Assembly: GCA_001949185.1 (NCBI GenBank)
Contig: BDGG01000014.1
Location: forward strand, 1,209,378-1,273,377
Length of the DNA stretch: 64,000 nt
Direction: 5' to 3'
Source: Ramazzottius varieornatus
Taxonomy: Eukaryota; Animalia; Tardigrada
Made by a program: the position numbers and the translations under genes. Shown in pieces: positions 12,846 through 24,607 of this stretch (position 1 is its first letter; the number at the start of each line of letters is the position of its first letter). The notes under the pieces are model-generated. The model saw only the letters and a program-made list of their open reading frames with translations. It ran no database searches and had not been told where the DNA came from.

Positions 12846-13645
12846 TCAAAAGCCTCTAAATTTGACGGTTAGGGCAGTTAATGGTCTACCCTCATGCTTT
12901 TGCGTGACAAGGCTGGCCTTCTTTTGGTAGGCGGCGCGATGGGCAAATTCGAATGTGCCAATTCTTTCGTCTTGCAGCAGTGGCACATATTCCTCCTTGC
13001 CAATGTTCAGCGCCACGCCTTCGTAGTAGGCGTAGTAGGCCATGACGATCAGTTGGATGTTGGCACCAGGGAAGGTGGTAAAGTTGTGTTGTCCAGCCTT
13101 GCCGAAAGACTGCACCATGCTTCCCCAATCGGCAAACGGTCCGTACGTCTCCAGAGGGCCCGACGGATTTCTCCTGCAAGCATACTCTCTATTGCCCACA
13201 GCATACAACGTCGATATCACAAATGTAATTATTTGTTCACAGTGAGCTGACCTGCCGTCGCTACAGATGACAAAGTCTACACGAAAAAAGATCCGACATT
13301 TTTGGGTAGAGGAGGTACGGTTTAGCGTCGATCAGGGCTTCGTGTTTTTGACGGTGCGACCGTCAAAGTAGTACCACAGCAGGGAGACTTCGGTCACCGT
13401 ATGTGCCCCAATTATAAAGGGGGCTTTTTCTTTGCAGACTGCTCTCGGCACACCTACGACAACGTTGAACAAAACCAAGCTTAGCTTCAAGACTTTCTTC
13501 CAGTTAGAAAAAATCCATGATGGGTAGTATGCGTATATATACCTGTTGCGCTTGTCCGAAGAGGAACTGGGTCCTCAGCAGAAGCCAATGCAGCATAACA
13601 AAGCATCAGCAGGGAAACGGTGGACAGTATTACAGCTGGCGCCAT
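12846..13645 (-). pseudogene. Unrecognised secreted-protein family, copy 1 (3 exons, in-frame stop)
   Basis: Signal peptide MAPAVILSTVSLLMLCYAALASA and GT-AG introns. Clear paralogy to 16836-17410 (YYFDGRT/YYFNGRT, TQKC, MAYYAYY, LNI..EYVPL..DERI). TGA at 13332-13334 aligns with Cys in the paralog, and the terminal TGA aligns with Trp. Confidence 0.65.
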
Positions 13646-13974
13646 TGAGGAGCTCTCTGAATAGTACTCGGCGTATATACGCCTGAAGATTCCGTCTGTC
13701 GGGAATAGGAAAAGTGTACTACCGTTTCAGTCTTTCACAGACGGCCTTATGTACACATTATTGCAATGTGGACTTGCGTAATATCCTGCCCTTAAAACTT
13801 TTACTGGCCCTCGTCATGAGCGAACCAGTAGTCTAGCATTGCGTCTTGCGCGCTGTGGGACGTAACTCTTACAACTATATACAGATGCTTAGCGGGCAAC
13901 GCATGTTTTTGCGAGGCATGAGTATCCAATTCGGAAAGCGCCATTCCAGATAACCTTGACTGACGTAACTTCAG

Positions 13975-14410
13975 CGTAACAGAGAAGCTATCTGATACTT
14001 ATCTTCAGGCATTTTGATGAATAAGGTGGTGAATTTACAGGGACGATGCGTCGCAATTTTGACCTGAAGGTGGTATCATGGCCGGACTCTCGAAAACTCG
14101 AAACGTTCTGTTCCTCGATCTGGAGCAGTAGAAATGTTTGCGAGCCCCTAGCTCCGCTCTACTTTGTTGCTGGGAATTAATGTCACGTTCTGGACCATAC
14201 CATGACCGCCAGACGTCAAAATATCCCTGTGGGAAATAGGGGTTAATAATCAGTGGTCCCGAAGAGCTCACATTTTCACCAAGTCTGGAACAGGACCGTA
14301 GCCTGGCTCCTGGCCGTTAAGGGCTTCACAGCAAACCAAACTGTCTCCATGCGGAAAGCAGCGAGAGCAGCTGTACAAATGTTGCCCCCAGAAGGTTTCC
14401 TTGTAAGACT
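13975..14410 (-). pseudogene. Highly decayed third copy of the same unrecognised family
   Basis: Residual peptides NISTAPDR (cf. NITTAPDR in copy 2), YGPVPD (cf. YGPFAD) and LFIKMPEDKY (cf. LNIKEDEY), with several stops. Confidence 0.4.
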
Positions 14411-14454
14411 AACGCATTTGTAATGCTGGCTTGTGCTATACTCGTCTCTTCCGC

Positions 14455-14870
14455 TATTCGTTCCGGCACAGGTGGCACGGGGGCACCGGCGATACTCGAA
14501 GTGGTCGTAATGGTACCGCTGGTACTGGTGTCACTGGGGGATGTGGTGTCGCAGTTAGCGGTACTGAAGGTACAGGCACAGGTAGCGGCACAGGTGCCGA
14601 GTCAGTACTTCCATCGATGTCGGTCCGGATATCCAGGAGGAAAACCGACTTTGGACGATAGCGGAGGAATTTACGCCCCGAAATAGTTCAGGGCGGAACA
14701 CTGAGTGGTGACGAATCGATCAAGTTGCTGATGTGACCCAGTGGGCGGCTAGCGCGAAGGGTGGTACCGGTAATGCTTCTGATGGCGCTGACAACTGGGC
14801 ACTTGTTACTGCGGAATTGTGTTGTAGTGACCTTGGGACATTTGATGTTGCCTTGTGCCGTTAACGTTAC
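14455..14870 (+). pseudogene. Frameshifted duplicate of the Gly-rich last exon of the Ly6-like gene
   Basis: DNA similarity to 12080-12430 (ggcacaggtggcac, ggtagcggcacagg, tacttccatcgatg, ccaggagga..accgactttgga, gatgtgacccag..gcggcta). The frame is broken by indels and stops. Confidence 0.7.
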
Positions 14871-15484
14871 GCTGCAGTTCCGATCAGCATATTGCCAGCA
14901 CATTTCACTTTGTTTTCTTGGGTGGATGTCACCTTCTGTAGATGGTTACTCCCATAGGCATGATTCGAATATGTGGTCTACGGGCTTCAGTTCTCCTTCT
15001 TGTTACATACTTTGAGGATTTCGGGACGTGGAAACAGAACTATTAGGACGGCAGTAACAGTTAGCCAGCTCGAATTCTGGTCCTTCTGTGTAAACGGGAC
15101 GGTACGACTTTCATGTCGATTACAGTCCACGATTCCCAACCATACAACCATGAGAAGTTTCTACGCTGGGATGAAGGGTAAATGTCTCGTTACGCTGTCG
15201 TACTGCTCCAAGTTCCAACGACGTTCTTTCCTGTAGTTAGTACCAGAAACGCAAAGCGGCCATGACGCTCAATATCATCTGACTGTTTACGGGTGCTACG
15301 TTGGGCTGTTGCCAGAAGGCTAGTTTGATTAGGTTTAACAGCTACCATAAGAAACCGTGTTCACTGCAGAGTAGAAAGTACGCGCAACCATTTGTAATAT
15401 CACCTGAAAGCGTGCTGACTGCAGAATTCTGAACAGTATCTTTCCTCCTTTTTGCCGATAATCATCGAAAGCAGCCAGAAAACA

Positions 15485-16822
15485 ATGTCGGGAAAGTCCA
15501 ACGTCTTTAAATACAAACTGTAAGTTTTGGCCGTTTGTTTTTGAGGTTTTTATCCCGTTTGGTACACTGGTCCTTGACAGCGTCAGCCTCGTATCGTAGC
15601 CAACGATTTTGTTTCTAGCATTGAATACAAGGGTTTCAAGCTGCATGCCGACTCTGTCTCCATCATGCCGGAAGTTGAGGAACTGGAATGCCACAAGGAC
15701 GATTTTCTTCTAGCCTCCTTTATGAAGTCCGGTAAGAAAAAAAGACGCCTCTCGAGGCAGGTGTGCATGTCTTGATATTCTAATGTCGCATATACTTTAT
15801 TGAGGTAGGTTCTACGTGGACCGATACTATCATTACCTTGATGCTGAATGGTGGAGACCCCAAAAGTCTCACTCGGGATGCTGCGAAAAGTGGCCTTTAT
15901 AAGACCTTGGGCTTTCTGGAAATTCGCTTCAGCAACAATATCGAAGAACCACGCGATCTGTGCACCATCGACGCGGTTAAGGCTATGCAGAGTCCAAAGG
16001 GAATGAGGACCCATTTGCCCTGCAGCCTTCTTCCACCAGCTGTTCTTGCCAACAAACTGAAAGTAAGAGCCGCTACTCTACCGTCACCTCGGCTTTCTTA
16101 TCTTTGTTAGCTTTTGACAACAGCTAAACATGCACAGGTTGTTTACATCTACCGGAATGTCAAGGACGTCATGTGGTCGTTGTATCGACACCTGTTGCAC
16201 AACCCCTACAAAATTGTCGACTACCTAGGAACATTCGACGAATTCGTCTTAGCTTTCATGAAGGACAACGTAGTTTACTGCCCGTATTTCGGTCATTTAC
16301 ACAGCTATTGGAAGAACCGCAACGAACCCAACTTCCTTATTTTCTCTTACGAAGAACTTACAAAGGTAATCAGTGACCACGCCCTGCTTTTTTCCCTTGC
16401 TGACTGATTCTCACAATTTATCCATTTATTCTACTGGAAGGACCACGTTGGTATAATCAGGCGTATTGCAAAGTTCTTGGAGCTCCCCTTAACGGAAGAA
16501 CAGGTCGAACTTGTGAGACATCACTCAACGCTGGAGCAGATGCGCGCAATGAACCATCAGACTTGGCGGGAATGGTTTTCGGCAAAGGATGAAACAGGGG
16601 CCGAAGTACACAACTTTCTGGGAAACGGTAAAACCTAACAGCATGCCATCTTTCCAATGGACGGTGCCGATATTTATGATAACTTTGTTGCTGTATCTAG
16701 CAAAAGCTGGATCCGGATCTTCTCAGCTCTCACCTGAGACTAACGCCAAGGTCGATCAGTGGATCGCCAATAACTTACAGGATTACGATTTCGGCAACGT
16801 TAATCCTTTTGAAACGGTGTAG
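15485..16822 (+). CDS. Cytosolic sulfotransferase (SULT family), 6 exons
   Basis: Motifs DDFLLASFMKSGSTW (5'-PSB loop), RTHLP (catalytic His), YIYRNVKDVMWS (3'-PB), HLHSYW, FSYEELTKD and IAKFL. In-phase GT-AG introns. Confidence 0.9.
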
Positions 16823-16835
16823 GTATGAGTACCTA

Positions 16836-17410
16836 AACTGCTTGCTGAAGAAGCTGCATGAATTTCCAGAACTGTTTGAAGCTGACGATCAATGGTCTCA
16901 GCCTTTTGGTGGTAACGCTTGGGTTGTCCTGCTTCTTTGTCACGTAGTGATTAAAGACGAATGTTCTATCCTTTCGTCTCCTTCCAGTGGCACATATTCA
17001 TCCTCCTTAATATTGAGTGTTTCGGCCTTGTAGTAAGCATAATAGGCCATGGCGGTCAGCTCCACAGTGCGATCGGGCGCGGTGGTGATGTTGCGCTGCT
17101 GAGCCTTACCCAAGTGGCGCAGCATGGCGTCCCAGTCGGAGAAATGTCCCTTAAGTGTCCGGATAAGTGTTCCAGTAGCCCCTGCACCAGTGCAGAATAA
17201 CCGCCAATACTTTATGCCATGACTGCAATATCGGCGGAGCACCCTTTTTAAGTTCGTGTTGCAGGGCTGAGTGCCCTTTACTTACATGACGTCTCCGTAA
17301 ATTCCTCGGGCTTTCCGAAAGAATGTCGGACATTTTTGGGTTGGAGTGGAACGGGTTAGCGTCGAACAAGCTTTCTTACCCTTGGCAGTTCTTCCGTTAA
17401 AGTAGTAGAT
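16836..17410 (-). pseudogene. Unrecognised secreted-protein family, copy 2 (5'-truncated, 1-nt frameshift)
   Basis: Aligns to copy 1 with a shared phase-2 intron position. Frameshift after DERI near 16965. No signal-peptide exon found. Confidence 0.6.
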
Positions 17411-19175
17411 CTGCGCATGTAATTATGAAGTTGGTCGGGTCAACCCGGAAATAGCCTTTCTGTCGTCTTTCGGTCAGAGTGACAAGGCCTTAACTGACCA
17501 CCGTAATTATTCTTCGCAGGGAGAGGGTGGAAGTTGACTGGTCAAGCCTCCCCCTCGCGGTCTCGTAGAGTGAACAAACTTCGAAGCGCTACGCTGAACA
17601 GCCGGCCCGACCTCGATTAAAATTCGATCAAGAATAGACCGTAGACGAACGATCAGAAAAGTTATCAAAAACGCTTTCTCAAGCGAAGACACTATTGTTC
17701 ATAAAGAGTTAGTTTCGAAGACCGCGACCGTCTGCGGTTTTTGAGAAATATCGACCTCCAAAGTGAGTTGCTCTGCCAATTTGTAAAATTCCTCGATTAG
17801 CAGTGTAGGTTGCCGTTTGAAAAAACTATCACTATGTAAGCGAGGTTGTTTTCTACAGCTTTAGTACTGGTTGGCTCTTGACCAAACGCATGAGTCGAGA
17901 GAGAACGCTGTAAAACCAAATCCGTGTTTGTAGGCCCACAGCATTGCAAACCCAAACGAGAAAGTGTTTTCCACCCTTATTTCTGAAGTTTTCTTTCAAG
18001 AGCGGGCAAAGAAGCATAGTGGCGAATCATGTCATCCTGTGGAGCTAGGTTAAGACCCAACGATGCCAGTTAAAAGTTATCGTACTACGGGTTTCTGGAA
18101 TTTTACAGAAACGAAAGCGCGTTTTTTCCGCTTGTAAAATGGGTCACTTCAGTGAGGTAGCGAGAACCAAATTTCTCCCGTCAGACGGACTTTCGGAAAC
18201 ATTTTAATAATTTGTCCGGTAGATGCACCGGGGTGTATTCTACCCTTGTCTGCGGTTGCTTTACGATCGAAACTGTTGCTGCTCCTAGAATGCAACAACA
18301 GTTTTCTCAGACTTTGTCCAGATTTACCCCCCAAAAACTTTTGGCTTCGCACGTGGTTACACAAACACCGAAACTGAATTCGAGGCAGAATTTACGGAAA
18401 AGAACCATCAGCATGTTCGGAACAGAATTTGGACGCTCAAGAAAACTGTTTTCGCAAACGTGGTGGTGATTTTAAAAAATGACGACTCCATTTGAACGAC
18501 TTTCAAAAAGTCGACATCGATCAATAACTTGAAGCTCGGGAAGCGGATCCGAAAGCTGGATGATATTACATCACGTAGCAAAAACTTTGAGAGGAACACG
18601 AGCTTCGAACATGAGAAAGGTTTTTGGAAATTGGGGTTGGAAAAAGAGTATTTACGAGCCATTCTTCTGCACATAATTATATAAAGTTATGGTTCCTTGA
18701 CCGACTCCATTTTCGTCAACCGAACAGACCCTTGGAGTTAATCGAACTTCCGGCTTTTTGACCAGAAACTCAACCCCGGGGTGTCAGGGCAACCTTGCTG
18801 ACGGTTATGTAGCCCAGCAGACCGGTGATCCGGTGGGCCGCTAACGTCAGAGGAAAAGGGCAATTAGGTGCTGTACGCAGTCTTCTTCTTTCCTTTGTCG
18901 AAACTCGAGGGACGCACTTCTAATTTCAGACGCGAATTGAAGGTTAGATTGTTTGTTCTTCCAGTTCAACCGACCAGGAACACGCTTGACAACATCCCCT
19001 GTTGCTGTTCACTGACGTTGATGGCCTCTTAATATAAACGGGACGAATACTGTATTTTTTCGATATTTTCGCGCATCACGTCATACGGCCAGTGTTAAAA
19101 GCCCGTACACAATTCAGCAGGATACAGTTGATTGATTTGATTTATGAAGATGGTACCGCTGTACAGTTCTACGTA

Positions 19176-21580
19176 CACGTGGCTGGCCTAATGATTGGCA
19201 TGGACAAAAGCATTGGCAAGTGATTTCCGAAACAGCGGCTCCGCCGGCTGTATTCGCTTACAGTTGAAACAAACTGGCTTTCACCATACGTTGCCCCTTT
19301 ACATCCCGCTCGGATAACCGAATCTTTCACAGAGAACTTCCCAATCATTTTAAAACCCAATCTTTCCGTACACTTGGCTTTCCATATATTTGAGGTAGGA
19401 AAAAACTATCATTCAGTGAGCTCAAGGCTACGTCACAAACACAGTTTTTGGCCTTCTTCGACCTGCCTTTCTTTGAAGCGACGGGTAAATCTGCTTTAGC
19501 AGACTGAGATCGCGTTCTTTTCTTGACGGCCACTGGCAAGTCGATTTGGGCAGTCTTAGGTCTCCCGCGTTTCTTAGGCACTTCATCGGCTGTTTCCGAA
19601 GGTTTGGCTTTCTTTGACACCTTTAAAGCCAGCCGTGCGCGACTTCGTTCCTCGACTGCCTCCACGTACTCGCTATCAAGAACGTTTCGGCCTTTGTCGA
19701 GAGCGAGTCTTTGATCCTTCGGTTTTCTTTGTTTCTTCGGTTTGGAGAATGAGAAAGCCTTACTTACTGCGGCTACTACCGTCTCCGTAGCTGTCTTATG
19801 GCCGGCGTAGATGCTCACGATGGACTCGATGCTTGCATTAATCTTGTCATCGTCCCTGCCAACCCTCGAGCGAAGAATATCGGCCACGTCTTTCATTGGC
19901 GAGCTCTCTTTAGTCAGCATCGGTGATACAGGTGCATCTTGGGCCACTAACCTCTTATCCACAGTTCCACGAATCGTTTCAGGTGAGAAGGGGAATATTC
20001 CGGTATTCCTGAAGCCGCTCTTCAGGGACACTTCAAAACCGAATGAAAATGTTGAAGATTATGGTGTGCAAAGCAAAGCCAGGTGCCCAGCAAAAGTGTT
20101 GCGAGTCATCTAGAAGCAAAAGGGGTTTTTAAAAAGCATGCTCCGGACAGAACGTCAGCGAATGTAACTTGCCACGAAAGTGGGATCAAGACGTCTGGAA
20201 GCCTTGTAGTTCTTCCACTTCTCTTTCATACATCCAAACGCACAGTTGTCCAACGGCTGTAACTTATCCGTTTGTCCCGCAGGTAAACAAATAAGCTTGA
20301 TATCCTTCCCGGAGTCCCTGCATAACTTGAACAGCTGAGCATTGTTGACGTGGCTGTAATGTCCATCGAAGAGAACGATGCACTACGAAAAGATAAAGGC
20401 TTAGTCCATTGCCCGTGAAGTACCTCGGATCAGAAAGAGACATTTCACGCACTATCAAGTAACAGATTTTGTTCATACAAAGAGCACAATACCTTCTGTG
20501 GCGCGTTCGGCAAAATAACTTTGCGGAAGTAGTCTGTCATGACTTCGGGATTCATGACTCCGGTGGCGTTTACTGCGATGTACAGTTTGCCTTCGGTGTT
20601 ATCAAACATGCTTTGCAGATGCATAACTCCATCGAAAAGGACCAAGGGCCTGTACATCTTCCCGGTAGCATCACCGCAAAACAAAGTACTGACTGCGTCC
20701 CGCGTAGTTCCGTCGGTCTACGAAGGGACATGTTTCATTCCTCTTGCTGCGTAAACTTTCTCCTTTTCAAAACCCAGGATAAAACCCGACTCGTCCAGGT
20801 TTATTACAGCCGACGGATCCGAGAGGTATCCTTCGCTCTCAAGGCAACTCAACAGGTTAATCCAATTTACAGCACATTCGACAGTCCATTCCCGTGCCTT
20901 CTTGCGATCCACATTAGATCCCATGCGAAGAGAAATCTGCTTCCCATGGTCACGCAGGAAACGACGATGCCACTTCTCGCTGAAGACCGTACCTATGCCT
21001 GCCAAAAAACACAGAACTGATGTTACTGAATGTTTTTCAAAAACAAAAACATACCTTTTCCAAAGCCCATCTCATCGACGAAAGTAAGCAGATTATGCTT
21101 ATTCATGGGGAATCCATTGTTCCCAGACCCAATCCACATGTCCACCAGTAGAGCCTCCTCTGTCGGATCCAGCTTTGTCTTCCGGCCAAGCTGCTGAGCT
21201 ATGGGGGATTGCTCGTAGTTGATGATCGTTCCTCGCGGCACACAAAACGTAAGCGAAGCTTTCCGAACTGACATCCCGTTCGCCACTGCGCGAACTGCAT
21301 CTTGCAGACGTTCCTCGGTGTACTTCCGGCGTCTCTTGATCTTGAAACCTTCCGACATGTTTCAAGGTTAGGTTACTCAAGAATTGAGATCGGGAAACCA
21401 ACTTATGAAGAAATACAGAATTTAAAATGACATTGTACAATGAAAAGCGCATTGCTAAATTTTCACTTCCTGACGTCACAAGGCTACTTTCTGTCCCGAT
21501 TTGACATTCTTTGCGTTAAACTGCCGCCAGTCCGTGCTGCCAATGCTTTTGTCCATGCCAATCATTAGGCCAGCCACGTG
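19176..21580 (-). mobile_element. pogo/Fot1-like DNA transposon (inner element) nested in the outer element
   Basis: Perfect 43-bp TIRs CACGTGGCTGGCCTAATGATTGGCATGGACAAAAGCATTGGCA at 19176-19218 and 21538-21580, with a TA duplication on both sides. Confidence 0.93.
19345..21358 (-). pseudogene. Intron-containing DDE_1 transposase (HTH-psq + CENP-B HTH + DDD) with two in-frame stops
   Basis: Motifs YTEERLQDAVRAVANGMSVRKASLTFCVPRGTI, KWHRRFLRDH, NLDESG, LFDGHYSH, LQPLD and SGFRNTGIFPF. Introns at 20999-21054, 20383-20492 and 20110-20172. Stops at 20718-20720 and 20059-20061. Confidence 0.85.
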
Positions 21581-21670
21581 TACAGTAATCAAGATTAATA
21601 ATCATTTTTCTTGTAATTTCGTTGTTCAGTGGCAGTTTGACTTCTTTGATATTTCTCAGTGTTACAAATC

Positions 21671-23140
21671 ATGCAGGACATCAACAATCATAACCGCAAT
21701 ACGGTTGACGAAGCCCAAAGACATCTAGAGGCATTTGCTAAGTGGAATGGAAGTTTACGGAGTTATGCGAAAGTTGTTGGTGTGCCGGAATCGACGATTC
21801 GCACTTGGAACTTCTGACTTCTGACAAATGATGCTACTTCTCTTACTTCTAACAAATGATGCTTGAAAAGGGCAAACGACGTATTGTTTCCAGGAACGGA
21901 AAACTACCGCTGAGTAAGAATATCGCTAACAGGAAAGAAATGTATCCAGCGATCGAGCGAGAAGTCTTTTATCAATTCGGAAAACGGATAAAAGGGGGGA
22001 GACCGACTACTGATCGTCACGTTCAAAAGATGGCTCTTGTTAAAGATGCCTCCCAGTTAAAGATCGAAGGATTTAAGGGTTCATTAGGTTGGGTGACGAA
22101 GTGGAAGAAACGATTCAGGATCGTATCGCGAGCAATCATTGAAGTTGGCCGCAAGACAACGCAGACTGAGGATGACGTGATATGTGATAATAATGTCGTG
22201 TCGTTCATGACGTCAGATAGTAAATGACGTAATGTGGACAGTTGTCCATGTTCTGAAAAATTTTTTGTGACGTCACAAATATGTAAAACTCAATCCTAGG
22301 TTGTTTGTAGAAATCAGAGGAGAGCTTTCTGTGACGGATTGAAGAGACCGTGACAGTTCTGGAAACGCCGTATTTTCAGATAATGAATATGGATCAGACG
22401 TCTGTGAAGCTTCAGAATACGTACGAGAAAACACTATCCCCAGTTGGGGTGAAGCAAGTAAGAGTAATCCAGCCACCGGGCGATCCTGACTGTCTCACCG
22501 TGACGCTTACCGTCTGCGCCGACGGCACAAAATCTCCAGCGACGATAATCTTCAATGGTAATAAGAAAACTGGCAGACTGTCACCACGTATCCTGAACAA
22601 GCTAGTCGTTCCAGGAAATATCAAAGTCTACAGTAATGCCTCGGGCTGGTGGAAGGCGGATTTCGATCGCTTCTGGCTGGCGGAAACATTCGAGAACTGC
22701 AGTCCTGGTAGTGTTTTGATCCGTGATTGAGGCCCTGCTCACAGCAAGATTGAAAGTGACTTCCTACTTAACGAGATGGGAGTCCGTCTTTTTATTCCAG
22801 CTGGCTTGACTGGCACATACCAACCACTGGACGTTGGTGTTAACTTCCCCTTCAAAAGCTGTCTGAAGCTTTCCTACCATGATTGGCGTGATAGTCATAC
22901 TGAGGTGACGAAAAGCGGCTACCTTAAAAACTCCAACCGGCAAGACTATCGATTTTGTTTCACGTGCCTGGGAAAAGGTGAAAGTTACTACGGTTGAAAA
23001 TTCTTTCGTTGGCGCACAGATTGTACCAGAGCCTCTTCACATGATAGCTAATCCTGAAGAAGCTTCTGAAGTAGATAATCTGGACGATACTTTCGACCGC
23101 AGCTTCAGCTCGGTGGAGGATTCTTTCACGGAGGCGTAGA
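21671..23140 (+). pseudogene. pogo/Tc2-type transposase of the outer element, disrupted
   Basis: Motifs GVPESTIRTW, FKGSLGWVTKWKKRF (CENP-B HTH), NMDQT, TVCADGTK, D*GPAH (stop at 22728) and IPAGLTGTYQPLDVGVNFPFK. Confidence 0.85.
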
Positions 23141-24607
23141 GTTTACTTGATTTTCAGTGAAATTTGTACCAATCTCAGTTGATTATTGATCAGTGAAGAT
23201 TAAAGCTGTCGTAGTACCGGGTGTTTTTGACGTACTAAGTCACGTGCTGCGCGAAAATATCGAAAAAATACAGTACGTTCTATTGGGACTCTCATTTGGT
23301 GATGACTTGAATCAAAGCGAAGGGCGCACTTGGGTCCCTCGTATACTTCAATGTCAAGGCCTTTGTCAGTGATCAAATTTCCTCAATGGGTTCGCTAAAT
23401 CGATCATTAGATTCGAGCTGGTGGAGTTCTTCCCTGATAGCACTGTCAACCGCCCCGCAATCTGAAGGCGCACTTACAACCATCGAGACCCATTGCAAGC
23501 CGTATTCAGTCTGCAAACGAGTTCGCCACTAGAAGAGATATCGATTAGGTGCGCTGTACGACTGCGCGAGTGCGCATCCCTTCGTGCGTTCGCCCAAACC
23601 GCGTTTCCGTCACGCATCAAAGTTATAGGAATTAATCAATATTACAGGGATTTCTTCCAGTTTCAGACATGCGTGGCTCTTCCCTGCACCTGCAAGAGCC
23701 TGTGAAATTTCCAACTTCTCATTTATCCTTTCTCTCTCCATTCCTCTCTTGACCGTATCGCGATCAGGCGAGGCTGGTTCCCAAGGGCATATCAGACCTG
23801 TCATTGCCATCTGCCTCATATTGAACTTCACCTTCGGCGCATGAATTTCAAGTTCATCTGCTTTACATATGCTTTTCGTTTCGGCATTTTCTTCTCTTTC
23901 TGTTTTTCGTTCTGTCATTTTGTGCTTTTCGGACCAGCTTATTTGAAACTCCGGCACTGAGACTGGCGCCTAGAAACCTCAACGTGTATTTCTCGCCGCG
24001 TCGGAGACGGCTTGCTTACAGCAGGTGAGCTGCATAGCAAAGTGACGAATGCTATCTAGAATCTCAAACAGGTAAAGTTCGCCTTCCGGCGTTGTTCTTG
24101 CTCGATGAATTCGAGCCTAACAGTGACGGGCCATGGGTTGTCTGGTACTTACTGAGGGGTTGAGAGCCAGGGTTAGCACAGAGCCTCGTCGATCCGCACC
24201 ATGTTTTCGCGATTTTCCCCTCTTCTCCGAGCCTCCTTAAAGTCCTTTTGCACAATCGGGAATACTTCTAAAGCGAAAAACCGGTCAGAAATCTGAATGA
24301 TTCGGTTCATCACCCCATGCTCTGCGTCCCTCGAGGCTCGCGATCGCATCATCATAATCATAGAGTTGGTCCACCTGCGACATCACTCCGCAGTGACGTC
24401 ACCCGAAATAAAAATACTGACTCACCCCAGTGTTTACAAAAGTGGCAAGTGCGACTGCGAACGCCTGTTTGTTTTGCTGGAGGAGATATTAGAAGCGCCG
24501 TTGGTAGACTGCTTGCATTTGTACCATGCGCCTATGTTTAAGGACGGCGAACGACAGCCCAACTCCCGCGGACATCTTGTGGACACTGCTGATCGGTGAG
24601 GCCTGGA

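Larger units (their letters stand above)
19050..23273 (+). mobile_element. pogo/Tc2-like DNA transposon (outer element), defective
   Basis: TIRs CTGTATTTTTTCGATATTTTCGCGCA(t/g)CACGT at 19050-19081 and 23242-23273, flanked by TA. Contains a broken transposase at 21671-23140. Confidence 0.9.

Noticed and set aside
13332-13334. In-frame TGA aligned with Cys in the paralog (possible selenocysteine)
   Set aside because: The same copy has a second TGA aligned with Trp, no convincing SECIS stem is visible downstream, and all paralogs are decaying. Nonsense mutation is the simpler explanation.
17420-18800. Repeat-like tract abutting the truncated orphan copy, possibly a non-autonomous transposon
   Set aside because: No clear TIRs, TSD or coding motifs. 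It needs a genome-wide repeat search.
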